Below, piece after piece: positions 27,606 through 39,040 of a stretch of DNA of 64,000 bases (positions are counted from its first letter, which is position 1; the number at the start of each line of letters is the position of its first letter). The stretch is from Trueperaceae bacterium (GTDB lineage: Bacteria; Deinococcota; Deinococci; Deinococcales; Trueperaceae): NCBI GenBank assembly GCA_965214405.1, contig OZ243956.1, forward strand, positions 3,648,001 to 3,712,000, read 5' to 3'. The notes under the pieces are model-generated. The model saw only the letters and a list, made by a program, of their open reading frames with translations. It had not been told where the DNA came from and did no database searches. The position numbers were made by a program, and so were the translations under genes.

Positions 27606-28315
27606 TCACATCGACAAATACGCCGCCTGCACCTCCGGGTCGCCCAGCAACGCCTCGCCGCGGCCCTCCTTTTTTATCTCGCCGTTCTCGAGCACGTACG
27701 CCCGGTCCGCCAGCCGCAACGAGCCGCGCACGTTCTGCTCGACCAGCACCACCGTCACACCCTCCTGGTTGATTTGCTTGAGGGCGCGAAACACCGTTTT
27801 GGTGAGCGCGGGCGCGAGGCCCAGCGAGGGTTCATCAACGAGCAAGAGCTTGGGGAGGCTCATCAGCGCGCGGCCAATGGCGAGCATCTGCCGTTCGCCG
27901 CCCGAGAGGGTGCCCGCGAGCTGACTTTCCCTTTCAGCAAGGCGGGGAAAGAGGCTGTAGACGAAGCTTAAAGTCTCCCCAGCCCGCTTCTTAGCTTCGG
28001 GCAGATACGCCGCGCCGCTGTCCAGATTCTCCCGCACGCTCATGAGCGGGAAGAGCTGCCGCCCCTCGGGCACGTGCCCCACCCCCCGGCGCACGATGCG
28101 CGCGGCGCTGAGGCCTCTTAGAGGGTTCCCGAACGCCTCTACGCTGCCCCCCCACGCTGGGACGAAGCCCGACACGGTCTTTAACAGCGTCGTCTTGCCC
28201 GCGCCGTTCGCGCCGATGATGGCGATGAACTCGCCCTCGTCGGCGTGCAAGCTCACCTCCCAGAGCACGCCGATTTTGCCGTAGCCCGTGCTCAAGTTCT
28301 CGACAGAAAGCGCCC

Positions 28316-28319
<4 letters not shown>
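27606..28319 (-). CDS. Liv-type ABC transporter ATPase (LivF-like)
   Basis: GANGAGKTT, VPEGRQLF, LSGGERQMLAIGRALM, DEPSLGLAP. Confidence 0.93.
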
Positions 28320-29055
<736 letters not shown>

Positions 29056-29059
<4 letters not shown>

Positions 29060-30084
29060 GGCGCGCTCCTCGTCTCGGGTTTAGTTTTTTGTTCCGGCGT
29101 CCGCCTGCCTAAACGCGACAGCAGCCCGACCAGGCCGCGGGGCATGAAGAGGATAGACAGCACCAAAACCACGCCGTAGCCGATGAGGTAGCCCTCGCTT
29201 AGAAAGCGCCTGAGCCCCTCCTCGAGCCCCGCCAAGACCCCCGCGCCGAGGATGGGGCCGAGCGTGGTGTAGAGCCCGCCGAAGATGGGCGTGACGAGGG
29301 CCAGCACGGTTACGCCGACGCCGAAGGTGGCGCTTGGGTTGACCGAGCCGATGCGGTGAGCCTCGAGCGCGCCCAGCAGCCCGACGAGAAAACTAGATAA
29401 GGCGAATGCCAAGAGCTTGAAACGCGCGGGTGTCACGCCCATCACCGCCGCGACCTCCTCGTTGGTGCGAATTGCCGTAAAGGCGGCGCGGAGGCGGGAA
29501 CGCTGGACGAAGATACTCACGAGAACGCAGAGCACCAGCAGGCCCGCGTAGACCCAGAAGTAACTCTCGTTGCGCAGATACGCTAGCTCCCACCGCTCCA
29601 TCTCACCGGCCACAAAAGTGGGCCGAAAGAGCGCCGTCACGTTGAGGCCCGCCGCGCCCCCTGCAATACGCGTGGGCAACTGTTGCACCACCGCCCGCAA
29701 CACCTCGGTAAAAGCGAGTGTGGCGATGGCGAAGTAAATGCCGCGCAGCCGCAGCGTGACCGAACCCAAAAGCAGCGCCAGGAGGGCGGCGACGAGCCCG
29801 CCCAGGGGAATCCCCACCCAAAGCGGCCAGGTCGCCACCTTGAGGAGCACCGCGACCGTATAGGCCCCCGCGCCGTAAAAGGCGGCGTGCGCCAGCGACA
29901 GTTGCCCGGTGCGCGCCAGAATGTCCCACGAGAGCGCGAGGATGGCGAGCGTGAGCGCGTTGATAAGGAGCGAGAGGTAGCTCACTGAGGCCTTGTCAAA
30001 CGCCGTTCTGAGGATGTTCGGGAGGAAAAAGAGCAGCGCCGCGAACAGCGCCAGCGCGAGGAGGTCGTAGCCCACCCGTCTCAC
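29056..30084 (-). CDS. Liv-type ABC permease (LivM-like)
   Basis: GQLSLAHAAFYGAGAY, LRLRGIYFAIATLA, PRGLVG. Confidence 0.92.
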
Positions 30085-30947
30085 GCCAGCCTCCGGCTAC
30101 GCGCGATGAGGACCACAAAGATGATGGCGAAAAAGACCGCGTTGCGAAGCGTGTCGCCGTTGGGGACGAGCGTGGCGACGAGCGATTCGGAGAGCGCCAC
30201 AATCAATGACGCCCATAAAATCCCGCGGATGTTGCCGAGCCCCGCGAGCACCACGATGGCAAAGGCCTTGAGCGTAAACGCAAACCCGACCGTCGGCGTA
30301 GGCGACTGGATCACCGCGATCATCACCCCGCCCAAACCTGCCAGCGCCGCCGAGAGCGCAAAGGCGGTGAGGTAGATGCGGTCGGGCTCGAGCCCCACCA
30401 AGGCCGCCCCCATCCTATTCTGCGCCACCGCGCGCATCGCCCGGCCCACGGGCGTGGCGATGAGGACAAAGTAGAGCCCGCCGACCAGCACCAGCGACAC
30501 GAGAAAAGAAAAGAGCGGCACCGCTCCCACGCTCACGCCGCCCACCTGAAAGCCCAACGCGCGGTAGGGCACGTTGCTGATTGACACCGGGTCGCCGCCC
30601 CAGATAAGGAGCGCCAAGTTCTGCAAGATAATCCCGATGCCAAAAGTGAGGAGCATCTGGTTGAGTTCGGGCGCTTTAAGCACGTAGCGGATGCTCCCCT
30701 GGTAGATAACCGCGCCCAAAAGCGCGAGCGCGGGCGCGACGAAGAGGAGCGACAACACGGGGTCGAAGCCGAAACTCACAAAGAGCTGATAGGCCAAAAA
30801 CGCGCCCACCATAAAAAACTCGCCGTGCGCAAAGTTGACGATGCCGATGACGCCAATCGCCAGCGCCAGCCCGACCGACACGAGCGCGTACAAGCCCGAG
30901 GCGAGCACGCCCGAGACGATACCCTGGAGGAGAAGAGAGAAATCCAT
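30081..30947 (-). CDS. Liv-type ABC permease (LivH-like)
   Basis: IVNFAHGEF, GRAMRAVAQN, KAFAIVVLAGLG. Confidence 0.92.
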   Translation of the reverse strand: MDFSLLLQGIVSGVLASGLYALVSVGLALAIGVIGIVNFAHGEFFMVGAFLAYQLFVSFGFDPVLSLLFVAPALALLGAVIYQGSIRYVLKAPELNQMLLTFGIGIILQNLALLIWGGDPVSISNVPYRALGFQVGGVSVGAVPLFSFLVSLVLVGGLYFVLIATPVGRAMRAVAQNRMGAALVGLEPDRIYLTAFALSAALAGLGGVMIAVIQSPTPTVGFAFTLKAFAIVVLAGLGNIRGILWASLIVALSESLVATLVPNGDTLRNAVFFAIIFVVLIARSRRLA

Positions 30948-30990
30948 AGAAAGATAGGTGTGGGCGGGCGCGAACCCGCCCCGGAGGGGT

Positions 30991-32175
30991 TTACCGGCAG
31001 GACTCGAGCGGCGCGGTGGCCCGCTCCGTCGGCCAGACGATCTCGCGTTCGCCGTTCTGGTACTGGAACACGAGCCAGATGGACTCGTCGAAGCCCTGGT
31101 GCTGGGTGATTTCAGACGGCCCGAACGACCATTCGCCCATCGGGGAGCGGAAGGCGCCGGTCTCGAGCGCCTCGATCACCGCCGCCTGGTCCGTCGTGCC
31201 CGCCGTGTTAATGGCGTCGGCGTAGGCCCAGAGCTGCGCGTAGGCGAGCGCGGCCATGTAGTTGTCGGGGTCCTCGCCGTACATCTCGCGGTAGCCTTCC
31301 GTAAAGGCCTGCGCCTCGGGCGTGGGCAGGTTGGGCAAGAAGCCGATAAGCCCCGCCACGCACTCCGCTTCCGGGGCGTCGCCAAACCCTGCGGGCCAGC
31401 CCGGAGGCGCGCCGAAGATGTATTCAGGGTTGGCGTTAAGCTCGCGCATCTGCGCGATCATCGGCACCACGTCCGAGTCGTAGCCGATCCAGTAGATCAT
31501 GCCGGGGTCCGTGGCGAGCGCCTTGGAGATGGCCGCGCGGAAGTCGCCGGTGCCGCCGAAAAGGGTCGAGGTGAAGGCCTCGTTGAGGGGCACGCTCAAG
31601 CCCTCTTCTTCGATAAGCGCCTGCGCGCCCGCCGCGCCGGGGCCGCCAAAGGCGGAGTCTTCGTGTAAAAGCGCCACCGAGTCGATGCCCGCTTGGGTGA
31701 TAAAGCCCGTGGCCGCCTCGACGTTGTGGTAGTCCCAGGGGTGGATGTGGAAGAACCAGGACTCTTCGCCCAGAAGCTCCTCGATGCCGTCAAAGCCCTC
31801 GATGCCGACGCCCGAGACCGCGCCGCCGATCCAGGTGACGACGGGCTGAAAGGTCCGGAACGACTCCACCAGGCCTAAGGTGACGCCGCTCGAGTACCCC
31901 CCGCCGATAAAGCCCACCTCGTCCTCGGTCATAAGTTTCTCAAAGGCGGCCAGGGCGGTGGCGGCGTCCGCCTGGGTGTCCTCGATGATGATTTCTAAGG
32001 GCTCGCCCAGCACGCCCCCCGCCGCGTTGATTTCTTCTAGCGCGAGCTCGAAGCCGCGTTGCTGCGCCTGCCCGGTGCCCGCCGCGGGGCCGGTTAGGGG
32101 GCTCAGGATGCCGATTTCGACGGGCTGCGCGTAGCCAAGCGTGAGCGCGGCGAGGAGGATAACAAGTTTTTTCAC
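30991..32175 (-). CDS. Liv-type ABC substrate-binding protein
   Basis: RBS AAAAGGAG; signal peptide; PLTGPAA...INAAGGVLG; GGYSSGV. Confidence 0.9.
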   Translation of the reverse strand: MKKLVILLAALTLGYAQPVEIGILSPLTGPAAGTGQAQQRGFELALEEINAAGGVLGEPLEIIIEDTQADAATALAAFEKLMTEDEVGFIGGGYSSGVTLGLVESFRTFQPVVTWIGGAVSGVGIEGFDGIEELLGEESWFFHIHPWDYHNVEAATGFITQAGIDSVALLHEDSAFGGPGAAGAQALIEEEGLSVPLNEAFTSTLFGGTGDFRAAISKALATDPGMIYWIGYDSDVVPMIAQMRELNANPEYIFGAPPGWPAGFGDAPEAECVAGLIGFLPNLPTPEAQAFTEGYREMYGEDPDNYMAALAYAQLWAYADAINTAGTTDQAAVIEALETGAFRSPMGEWSFGPSEITQHQGFDESIWLVFQYQNGEREIVWPTERATAPLESCR

Positions 32176-32190
32176 GATGTCTCCTTTTCA

Positions 32191-32220
32191 AGTGGTTAGT
32201 GGTGAGTGATGAGTGGTTAG
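32191..32220. repeat. Heptamer tandem repeat
   Basis: AGTGGTT-AGTGGTG-AGTGATG-AGTGGTT-AG. Confidence 0.7.
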
Positions 32221-32284
32221 TTTCGGTTCTACCTTTTGCCTTTTACGTCATGGGTCTCCTTTCGGGGCTCGAGCCCCCGCCCGG

Positions 32285-33139
32285 TTATTCGGGCTCATCG
32301 TCGGCTTCCCATAGGGGTGTCGTGAAAGCCTCGAGCCGCCCAATAAACCCGCGCATCACGCGGGCGACGGCCTCGGGGCGTTCAACGGGGGCGGCGTGAC
32401 CGGCGCGCTCGAGGGTGATGAGAAGGCCGCGCCGCGCCCATTCGACAATTTCGTGGGAGTAGCGTAAAGGCGTCAACAGGTCTTCTTGACCCACCACGGC
32501 TAAGAGCGGGCCTTCGTAGGCGCGGAGGCTCTTGCGCGCGTCGCCGAAATCCAAAAGACCGTCAATCAAATAGCCGATCACCGCCGGGTCGGCTTTTGCG
32601 GCGGCCTCGCGGTAGGAGGTGAGTTCGTCCGTGTGCTCTTTCAAAAAGCTGTGGCCCCAGACCCACGGCGTCGCCACGTCGAAGCGGAGCCCCGCGCCGC
32701 CCGCGTGGAGGGCCGCCCGCCAACTTTTGAGGATGATTTTGAGCATCGGGTCAACGCGGACGAAAGAATCCACCGTCGTCACGCTCCTCACCCGCTCCGG
32801 CTCGGTGTTGGCAAGATTGCTCGCCAGAAGGATGCTGATAAGGCCGCCGTTGCTCAGGCCCACGAGGTGGACGCGGGCGAGGCTGAGGCCGTCCAGCAAC
32901 GTTTTGAGGTCTAACGCGTGTTGGTGCGGCGTGTAGGGTCCCTCGGGCTTGTCCGACTCGCCCTGCCCGCGGCAGTCATAGCGCAGCGTGGTGTAGGCGT
33001 CGGCAAAGCGCCGCTCAACTCCCTCCCAGGCGGTGGTGTCCATCGTGAGGCCGTTGACAAAAACCACCGCCTCCTCTGCGTCTACGCCGCCCTTCTGATA
33101 ATAGAGCTTCACGCCGTCAGCAACACTAAAGCGCGGCAT
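32285..33139 (-). CDS. Alpha/beta hydrolase (enol-lactonase-like)
   Basis: YDCRGQGESD, GLSNGG nucleophile elbow, EDLLTP, AGH; ATG 33139 overlaps the upstream stop. Confidence 0.88.
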   Translation of the reverse strand: MPRFSVADGVKLYYQKGGVDAEEAVVFVNGLTMDTTAWEGVERRFADAYTTLRYDCRGQGESDKPEGPYTPHQHALDLKTLLDGLSLARVHLVGLSNGGLISILLASNLANTEPERVRSVTTVDSFVRVDPMLKIILKSWRAALHAGGAGLRFDVATPWVWGHSFLKEHTDELTSYREAAAKADPAVIGYLIDGLLDFGDARKSLRAYEGPLLAVVGQEDLLTPLRYSHEIVEWARRGLLITLERAGHAAPVERPEAVARVMRGFIGRLEAFTTPLWEADDEPE

Positions 33140-34607
33140 GAGCTTCCTCAAAGGCGGTGGCGAGAGAGCTTTTGAGAATCTTGCCCGCGCCGCTTTTGGG
33201 CAGCGCGTCAAAAAAGCGGATGTGTTTGGGGACTTTGTAGCTTGCGAGATGCGCCTTAAGAAATTCCCGCACCTCCTCTTCTGTAACGGTTTCATCTTCA
33301 CGAAGAACGATGACTGCTAGCCCGACCTCGCCCCACCTTTCGTCAGGCACGCCCAAGACCGCGCACTCGGACACGGTGGGGTGTTCGTAAAGCGCGTTCT
33401 CGACCTCCACCGGAAATACGTTCTCGCCGCCCGAGATAAACATCTCCTTGCGCCGTCCGACGATGGTGAAGAATCCGTCTTCGTCCGCTCGAGCCAAGTC
33501 GCCCGTGTAGAGCCAGCCGTCTCTTAAAACCTCGGCGGTGGCGTCGGGCCGCTCGAAGTATTTCTCAAAAAGGTGCGGCCCCTTCAGGGTCAACTCGCCA
33601 ACCTCCCCCTGCGCGACAGGTTGACCGTGCTCGTCTCGGAGAACGGCCTCGGCGTGGAGCACGGGCTTACCGACGGACGCGGGGCGGGCCTCGGCGGCGT
33701 CCAAGCCAATCGCAAAGCAGTTCACCCCCGCCTCGGTGAGGCCGTAGCCCTGCTTGAAACGAATCCCGCGCGCCGAAAAAGCAGCGCGCACCGGCTCCGG
33801 ACAGGGCGCGCCGCCCGAGATGGCCCAGCGGACGTGTTGAAAGTCGGCGGCGGGAAAGTCGGGGTGCTCGGTGAGACTTTTGAACATGGTCGGGACCATG
33901 AAGAGGAGGGTGCAGGCTTCGCTCGAGACCAGTTCCAGATACTCCCCCGGCTTGAACGCACGTTGCAGCACCACCCTTGCGCCCAAATGCAAAAGCGGCA
34001 CGGTGAGGGCGTTGACCGCGGCGTGAAAGCAGGGCGTCGCCTGCACCGCGCAGTCGTCGTCGCGCAGGCCCCACGAGAAAACGGTGTTGACGGCGTTGTA
34101 AAAACCCTGCCGGTAGGGCTGCACTGCGCCCTTGGGCGTGCCTGTGGTGCCGCCTGTGAAAAGAATCATTTGGGCGTCCTTGCTCGAGAGTTCGGGCGCG
34201 GGTGGGGGAGAGGGGGCGGCGGCGAGCCAAGCTTCATAAGCCTCGAGCCCCACCCCCTCCACCCCCGTCGCCTCGGCCGCCGCGGCGTTCTCGGCGTCGA
34301 AGAACATGATTTTAGGCCGCACATAGTCCGCAATTTTGCGCTGCTCATGGTTTGATAAACGGTAATTAAAAGGTGTGTAGATAAAACCTAGCTTGGCCGT
34401 CGCCAGAATCAGGTCTAAATGTGCGAGGTGATTGAGGGCCAAGATGCTTACCCGGTCGCCCTTGACGACGCCCGCCTCGGCGAGCCGTGCGGCCAAGCGC
34501 GTGGCGCGTTTGTCGAGGTCTCGGTAGGTGTACCAGTGCCCATCAGAAAATACAGCTCGGCGCTCCGGCGTCAGCTCGGCGCGCTTTTTGGCAATATCAA
34601 ATATCAC
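33126..34607 (-). CDS. Acyl-CoA synthetase (ANL family)
   Basis: FTGGTTGTPKG, GYGLTE, GWLYTGD, ISGGENVFP, LPKSGAGKI. Confidence 0.93.
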   Translation of the reverse strand: MIFDIAKKRAELTPERRAVFSDGHWYTYRDLDKRATRLAARLAEAGVVKGDRVSILALNHLAHLDLILATAKLGFIYTPFNYRLSNHEQRKIADYVRPKIMFFDAENAAAAEATGVEGVGLEAYEAWLAAAPSPPPAPELSSKDAQMILFTGGTTGTPKGAVQPYRQGFYNAVNTVFSWGLRDDDCAVQATPCFHAAVNALTVPLLHLGARVVLQRAFKPGEYLELVSSEACTLLFMVPTMFKSLTEHPDFPAADFQHVRWAISGGAPCPEPVRAAFSARGIRFKQGYGLTEAGVNCFAIGLDAAEARPASVGKPVLHAEAVLRDEHGQPVAQGEVGELTLKGPHLFEKYFERPDATAEVLRDGWLYTGDLARADEDGFFTIVGRRKEMFISGGENVFPVEVENALYEHPTVSECAVLGVPDERWGEVGLAVIVLREDETVTEEEVREFLKAHLASYKVPKHIRFFDALPKSGAGKILKSSLATAFEEAHAAL

Positions 34608-35632
34608 GACGCCTCACCCCACCTTAGACAAAGCGCGTTCCAGACGTAACCCACGCCCGCCGCCACCAGCACCACCAAGTCGCCCTCTTTAAGTTTTCCC
34701 GCTTGCTGAGCTAGCTCGAGGCTCAAAAACTGGTCTACTTGCCCGATGTGGCCGTAATCCGAAAGATAAATGGACTGTGACGCATTCAAGCCAAGCCGCT
34801 CTAACAAATACTCGTGCGCGCTCCTTTTCATGTGGAGCATTGCCAGGTAATTGATATCCGAGACTTCGTGGCCCGACTTTTCCACGGCTTTGTGGATGAC
34901 GTTGAGAAAATTTTGGAGCGACTTGTCCCCCAACCGCGCCTTCATCCCGGCGGGGTCGGGCACTTCTAACTTATAGCGTCCTGCGTTCTCGAGCGTGAGC
35001 GGTTCTTTGGTGCCGCCGACGGGCACCCGCACGTCGAGCGAGAAAGCCCCGTCGGTGAGGATGTGCGAGCCCAAAATCTCACCCAACATGTCACCGCGCG
35101 CCCCCCGCCGCACCACCGCCGCCGCGCCGCCCGCACCCAGGTTGTACATAAAGCGCACGTCGGGGTCGGCAAAATCAATCAGGTCGCCGTTGCGGTAGCC
35201 CCCCGCGACGAGGACGGTCTGAACGCTCTCGTCGGCCAGCAGCAAATCTTTGGCCTGCTTTAAGCCTAAAACGCCCGTCCCGCACTTTTGCCCGATGTCA
35301 TAAGCGTAAGCGTTCGCCGCGCCTAAATCGTGCGCGAGCTTGATGCCCGCCGTCCAGACCGGGTACTCCTTGTACTCTTCGGTGATGCAGACAACAACGT
35401 CCACCTCTTCCGGTGAGAGGTTTGACGCAGAGAGCGCCCGCTGCGCAGCCCACACGCCCATCGCGGTCGGGTGGTCGTCCGGCCCCGGCTTGGGCTTGGC
35501 GCTTATACCAAGCTTGTCCGTCACCACCCACGCGGGCAGCCCGCTCGCCGCGGCGATGTCGGCGCTCGAGACGCGGCCCTCGGGCACGTAGACGCCGAGG
35601 CCGCTCACGCCAATCACGCTTTTGCCGGTCAT
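34604..35632 (-). CDS. 3-oxoacyl-ACP synthase III (FabH)-like condensing enzyme
   Basis: Catalytic Cys in DIGQKCG, LAMLHM, DYGHIGQ, AAGVGYVW; ATGA overlap with tetR. Confidence 0.85.
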   Translation of the reverse strand: MTGKSVIGVSGLGVYVPEGRVSSADIAAASGLPAWVVTDKLGISAKPKPGPDDHPTAMGVWAAQRALSASNLSPEEVDVVVCITEEYKEYPVWTAGIKLAHDLGAANAYAYDIGQKCGTGVLGLKQAKDLLLADESVQTVLVAGGYRNGDLIDFADPDVRFMYNLGAGGAAAVVRRGARGDMLGEILGSHILTDGAFSLDVRVPVGGTKEPLTLENAGRYKLEVPDPAGMKARLGDKSLQNFLNVIHKAVEKSGHEVSDINYLAMLHMKRSAHEYLLERLGLNASQSIYLSDYGHIGQVDQFLSLELAQQAGKLKEGDLVVLVAAGVGYVWNALCLRWGEAS

Positions 35633-36255
35633 GACGCCCTTCCGTCCGGGCTGAGGCCGTGGGTGAGAAAGTCGAACGCGGTTTCCATCACCTCGTCCGG
35701 CGGCTCCCGCCCCTCCCAGATGGCGTGACGCAAGCCCAAAAAGTGCGCGACGCCCATGAGCGCCCAGGCTTGCGCCGCGGCGTCGCCCGCGCGCACCTCG
35801 CCCTGCGCTTGAGCCGCCTCGAGCCCCGCCCCGTAAGCGTCTGCAAGCGTTTCGTAGTATTCGCGGTAGACGCGCTCGTCCACAAATTGCGACTCCATCA
35901 CCACCCGGTAGAGGTTTTCGTGCGCCAGGCAAAAGCGAAAAAAAGCGCGGAAGCCCGCCCTTTCTAGCTCGAGCCGCCCCCCTACCTCCCCAGTCGCCTT
36001 AGCCCCAGTCGCCTCGGCCAGCGCCCGCCGCAGCGCCCGCCCCATGTGCCGCACGAGTTCCCGCAGGATGTCCTCTTTGCTCGGGAAATAGAGGTAAAAG
36101 GTGCCCTGCCCCACCCCGGCGCGCTTGGTGATGCTCGAGACCGACGCCCGGTTAAAGCCCCGCTCGCCGAACTCGCCCTCGGCGGCGCTTAAGAGTTTCT
36201 GGCGGGTGGCTTCACCCCGCGCGGTGGCGGGCTGGGGCAGGCTTGACAAGAGCAT
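35629..36255 (-). CDS. TetR-family regulator heading the operon
   Basis: RGEATRQKLL, SITKRAGVGQGTFYLYFPSKE. Confidence 0.92.
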   Translation of the reverse strand: MLLSSLPQPATARGEATRQKLLSAAEGEFGERGFNRASVSSITKRAGVGQGTFYLYFPSKEDILRELVRHMGRALRRALAEATGAKATGEVGGRLELERAGFRAFFRFCLAHENLYRVVMESQFVDERVYREYYETLADAYGAGLEAAQAQGEVRAGDAAAQAWALMGVAHFLGLRHAIWEGREPPDEVMETAFDFLTHGLSPDGRAS

Positions 36256-36301
36256 CCTTTCTTTGAAGCAAACCTTTATGGTTGCTTGCACGAACATGAC
36301 A

Positions 36302-36349
36302 ACTGATTCAGGTTTCAGTATCGTAAACGGTTAAGGGGAGTTTTGTCAA
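36302..36349 (-). promoter_or_regulatory. Operon promoter with palindromic operator
   Basis: Minus strand TTGACA (36344-36349), 18 bp, TACGAT (36320-36325); ACTGA-N8-TCAGT (36302-36319) over the predicted start site. Confidence 0.6.
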
Positions 36350-36437
36350 CCGTCGGGAGAGACTTTTCCCTTTTTTGCAGGCTGAGCGTAATCTCATCAC
36401 CAAGTGCGTAGGGGAGAAACGCGTATACTATTCCTTT

Positions 36438-38765
36438 GTGGAAGTAAGCGACACAACCTTAGTAAAACTTGATTTTCCCCGCGTCTTGGGGGCGCTGGCC
36501 GAGCGCACCGCCTCCTCGCTAGGAACCGAACGGGCCTTGGCCTTGGCACCCGATTTGAGCCGGACCGAGATTGAGCGCGCGTGGAGACGATTGGACGAGG
36601 CGCTTCACGGCCCCGAACTCTCCTTGGGCGGCGTGCAGGACGTGCGGCCTCTTATTACGAGGGTGCGCGAGGGGCGGCTGTTGGAGGGGCGGGAGCTGTT
36701 GGAGATTGCCTATACGATGGACGCCGCGGGCACCATCAAGCGCGCCATCCTCGCCTCCGAACGTCCCGCTCTGTCAGAGCTTGCCAAAGAACTCGGCTCC
36801 TTTGACGGCGCGTTGCGGCTCGTGCGCGAACAGCTCGACCCCGACGGCGGCGTCCGCGACGACGCCACGCCCAAGCTGCGCGACATCCGCCGCCGCCTAA
36901 ACCCTCTACGCGGGCGCATCCGCGAGAAGTTGCAGGGGCTGTTACAGCGCTACTCGGACTCGGTTCAAGACGCCATCATCACCTTGCGGCGCGACCGCTA
37001 CGTCATCCCCATCAAGGCGAGCGCCCAGTCCAAGGTGCCGGGCATCGCCCTGGACACTTCCGACTCGGGGGCCACCGTGTTTATCGAGCCGCAGTCGGTG
37101 GTGCCCTTAAATAACGAGCTAGCGCTTTTGGAATTCGAAGAGCGCGACGAGGTGCGGCGCATCCTCGTCGCGCTGGGCCAGCGCCTCGCCTATGAACCGG
37201 GCCTGGATACGTCGTTGGAGGTCTTGGCCGAACTCGACCTCGTCGCCGCGTCGGCGCGGCTTGCCAAGGATTGGGGGCTCTCTCAGCCGACCTTTAACGG
37301 CGGGGGCGAGGTTCGTCTAGGTAACGCGCGGCACCCGCTCATCAAGGGCTGCGTGCCCAACACGGTTTCTTTGGATAAAGAACGCCGCCTCATGATTATC
37401 ACGGGTCCCAACGCGGGCGGAAAAACGGTGCTCATCAAGACGTTGGGCCTGGCGGCGCTCATGGCGCACAGCGGGCTTTTCGTCGCGGCAGGTCGTAGGG
37501 GAGAAGCGCCGCCGACGCTGCCCTTTATGGGAGCTTTACTGACCGACATCGGCGACGAGCAGAGCATCGAGGCGAGCTTAAGCACCTACGCGGGGCATTT
37601 GATGAACCTCAAAAAAATTGTGGAGGGTTCAAAGGATGGGGTGCTGGTACTCATCGACGAGCTAGGCTCGGGCACCGACCCCGACGAGGGTGCGGCGCTG
37701 TCGCAGGGCATCTTGGAGCGGGTTCTGGCGAGCGGCGCGCGGGGTCTTGTCACCACACACTTGGCGCCCCTCAAAGTGTTCGCCTCCGAAACGCCCGGCG
37801 TGCAAAACGCCGCGATGAGTTTTGACGTGGACAACTTGCGGCCCAAGTATCAGCTCGTCGTGGGCCAGCCTGGACGCTCCTACGCGCTCGCCATCGCCGA
37901 GCGGCTGGGGCTGCCCGACGCGCTCCTCTCTCGAGCGGTTGAGATTTTAGGGCCGGAGGGAACTGCTTTAGAAAACCTTTTGGAGACGCTTCAGGAGCAG
38001 CGCGAGGGGTTGGAGCAAGAACTCACCGAGGCGAGACGCGCTCGAGAGCAGTCGGTCAAAGAGGCCGAGCTGCTGCGCGCGCAAATCGAGACGCTGCGCG
38101 CCCGCGAAGACGAGGTCTTAGCCGCCGCCGCCGAGCGCGCCGACGAGATGCTTCAAGACACCTTGCAGCGGGCTAAGGAACTTAAAAAGGCCGCCACCAG
38201 CCAGCCCGAAAGGCGCTCGCAGGCCCTGGAAGATTTGCAGCGGATGCGCAAAAGTTTCCAGGCTAAAGCGGAGCCCAAACCCGCAAGAACCGCCCAGAAA
38301 TCCGGCCCGGCACCCAAGCCGCGGCGCGTCCTAGAGCCTGGCCAACTAGTCCGCGTCGAGTCCTACGGCGCGGAGGGGCCGGTGGTCGAGCTTCGCGGCG
38401 ACGACGTGGTGGTGCAGTTGGGGCTGCTCAAGGTGGAGGTGCCCAAGCGCGACGTGAAGCTCAAAGAGTCCGGCGCGCAAAAAACGCGCAAGGGCGCGTC
38501 TTTCGCCGCGCCCGTCCGTTTTGACGACGAACTCAACATCCGCGGCGAGCGGGTCGAGGCGGGGCTCGAGAAGCTGCGCGACTTCGTTTTAGAGGCCCAC
38601 GCGCTCAAGGCTCCGTCAGTGCGCATCCTCCACGGTAAGGGCACGGGCACGTTGCGCGACGCGGTCAGGAACTACCTCAAAGACGAAAAAAAGGTGGAGA
38701 AGTTCGAGGACGCGGTGCCCTACGAAGGCGGGCACGGGGTGACGGTGGCGTATTTGCGGCATTGA
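36438..38765 (+). CDS. mutS2: MutS2 with C-terminal Smr domain
   Basis: SGATVFIEP, ITGPNAGGKT, DIGDEQSI, DELGSGTDP, ILHGKGTGTLR, GGHGVT. Confidence 0.95.
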   Translation: MEVSDTTLVKLDFPRVLGALAERTASSLGTERALALAPDLSRTEIERAWRRLDEALHGPELSLGGVQDVRPLITRVREGRLLEGRELLEIAYTMDAAGTIKRAILASERPALSELAKELGSFDGALRLVREQLDPDGGVRDDATPKLRDIRRRLNPLRGRIREKLQGLLQRYSDSVQDAIITLRRDRYVIPIKASAQSKVPGIALDTSDSGATVFIEPQSVVPLNNELALLEFEERDEVRRILVALGQRLAYEPGLDTSLEVLAELDLVAASARLAKDWGLSQPTFNGGGEVRLGNARHPLIKGCVPNTVSLDKERRLMIITGPNAGGKTVLIKTLGLAALMAHSGLFVAAGRRGEAPPTLPFMGALLTDIGDEQSIEASLSTYAGHLMNLKKIVEGSKDGVLVLIDELGSGTDPDEGAALSQGILERVLASGARGLVTTHLAPLKVFASETPGVQNAAMSFDVDNLRPKYQLVVGQPGRSYALAIAERLGLPDALLSRAVEILGPEGTALENLLETLQEQREGLEQELTEARRAREQSVKEAELLRAQIETLRAREDEVLAAAAERADEMLQDTLQRAKELKKAATSQPERRSQALEDLQRMRKSFQAKAEPKPARTAQKSGPAPKPRRVLEPGQLVRVESYGAEGPVVELRGDDVVVQLGLLKVEVPKRDVKLKESGAQKTRKGASFAAPVRFDDELNIRGERVEAGLEKLRDFVLEAHALKAPSVRILHGKGTGTLRDAVRNYLKDEKKVEKFEDAVPYEGGHGVTVAYLRH

Positions 38766-38766
38766 T

Positions 38767-38801
38767 ATGTTCTGCAACATGTGCTGCGCATGTGCTAGAA
38801 T
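38767..38801 (+). promoter_or_regulatory. TA promoter with repeated operator
   Basis: ATGTTCTGC/ATGTGCTGC/ATGTGCTAG repeats ending in TAGAAT, 5 nt before GTG. Confidence 0.55.
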
Positions 38802-38806
38802 AAACC

Positions 38807-39037
38807 GTGCCCAAGATGATTCAAATTCGCAACGTACCTGACGATTTGCACAGCAAGCTCAAAGCGAGAGCGGCAAAACTCGGTTTGTCTCTCTCGGATT
38901 ACCTCCTGTCTGAGATTGAAGAGGCGGCGGACAAACCGACGCTTCAGGAGTGGCTCGAGCTAGCCAAGAAACTCCCCCCCAGAACCTTTGAGGAGGACAC
39001 CGCGACGATTATCAGGCGTCACCGAGACGGCGCTTGA
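38807..39037 (+). CDS. Ribbon-helix-helix antitoxin (FitA/VapB-like)
   Basis: IQIRNVPDDLHSKLKARAAKLGLSLSDYL. Confidence 0.88.
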   Translation: MPKMIQIRNVPDDLHSKLKARAAKLGLSLSDYLLSEIEEAADKPTLQEWLELAKKLPPRTFEEDTATIIRRHRDGA

Positions 39038-39040
39038 AGC

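Noticed and set aside
35985..36015. Short duplication CCCCAGTCGCCT inside tetR
   Set aside because: In-frame (15-nt period), adding about 5 residues to a loop; no sign of functional significance
36330..36440. Radiation/desiccation response motif (DdrO site) upstream of mutS2, recF or ddrI
   Set aside because: No convincing 17-bp palindrome found by eye; a PWM scan would be needed
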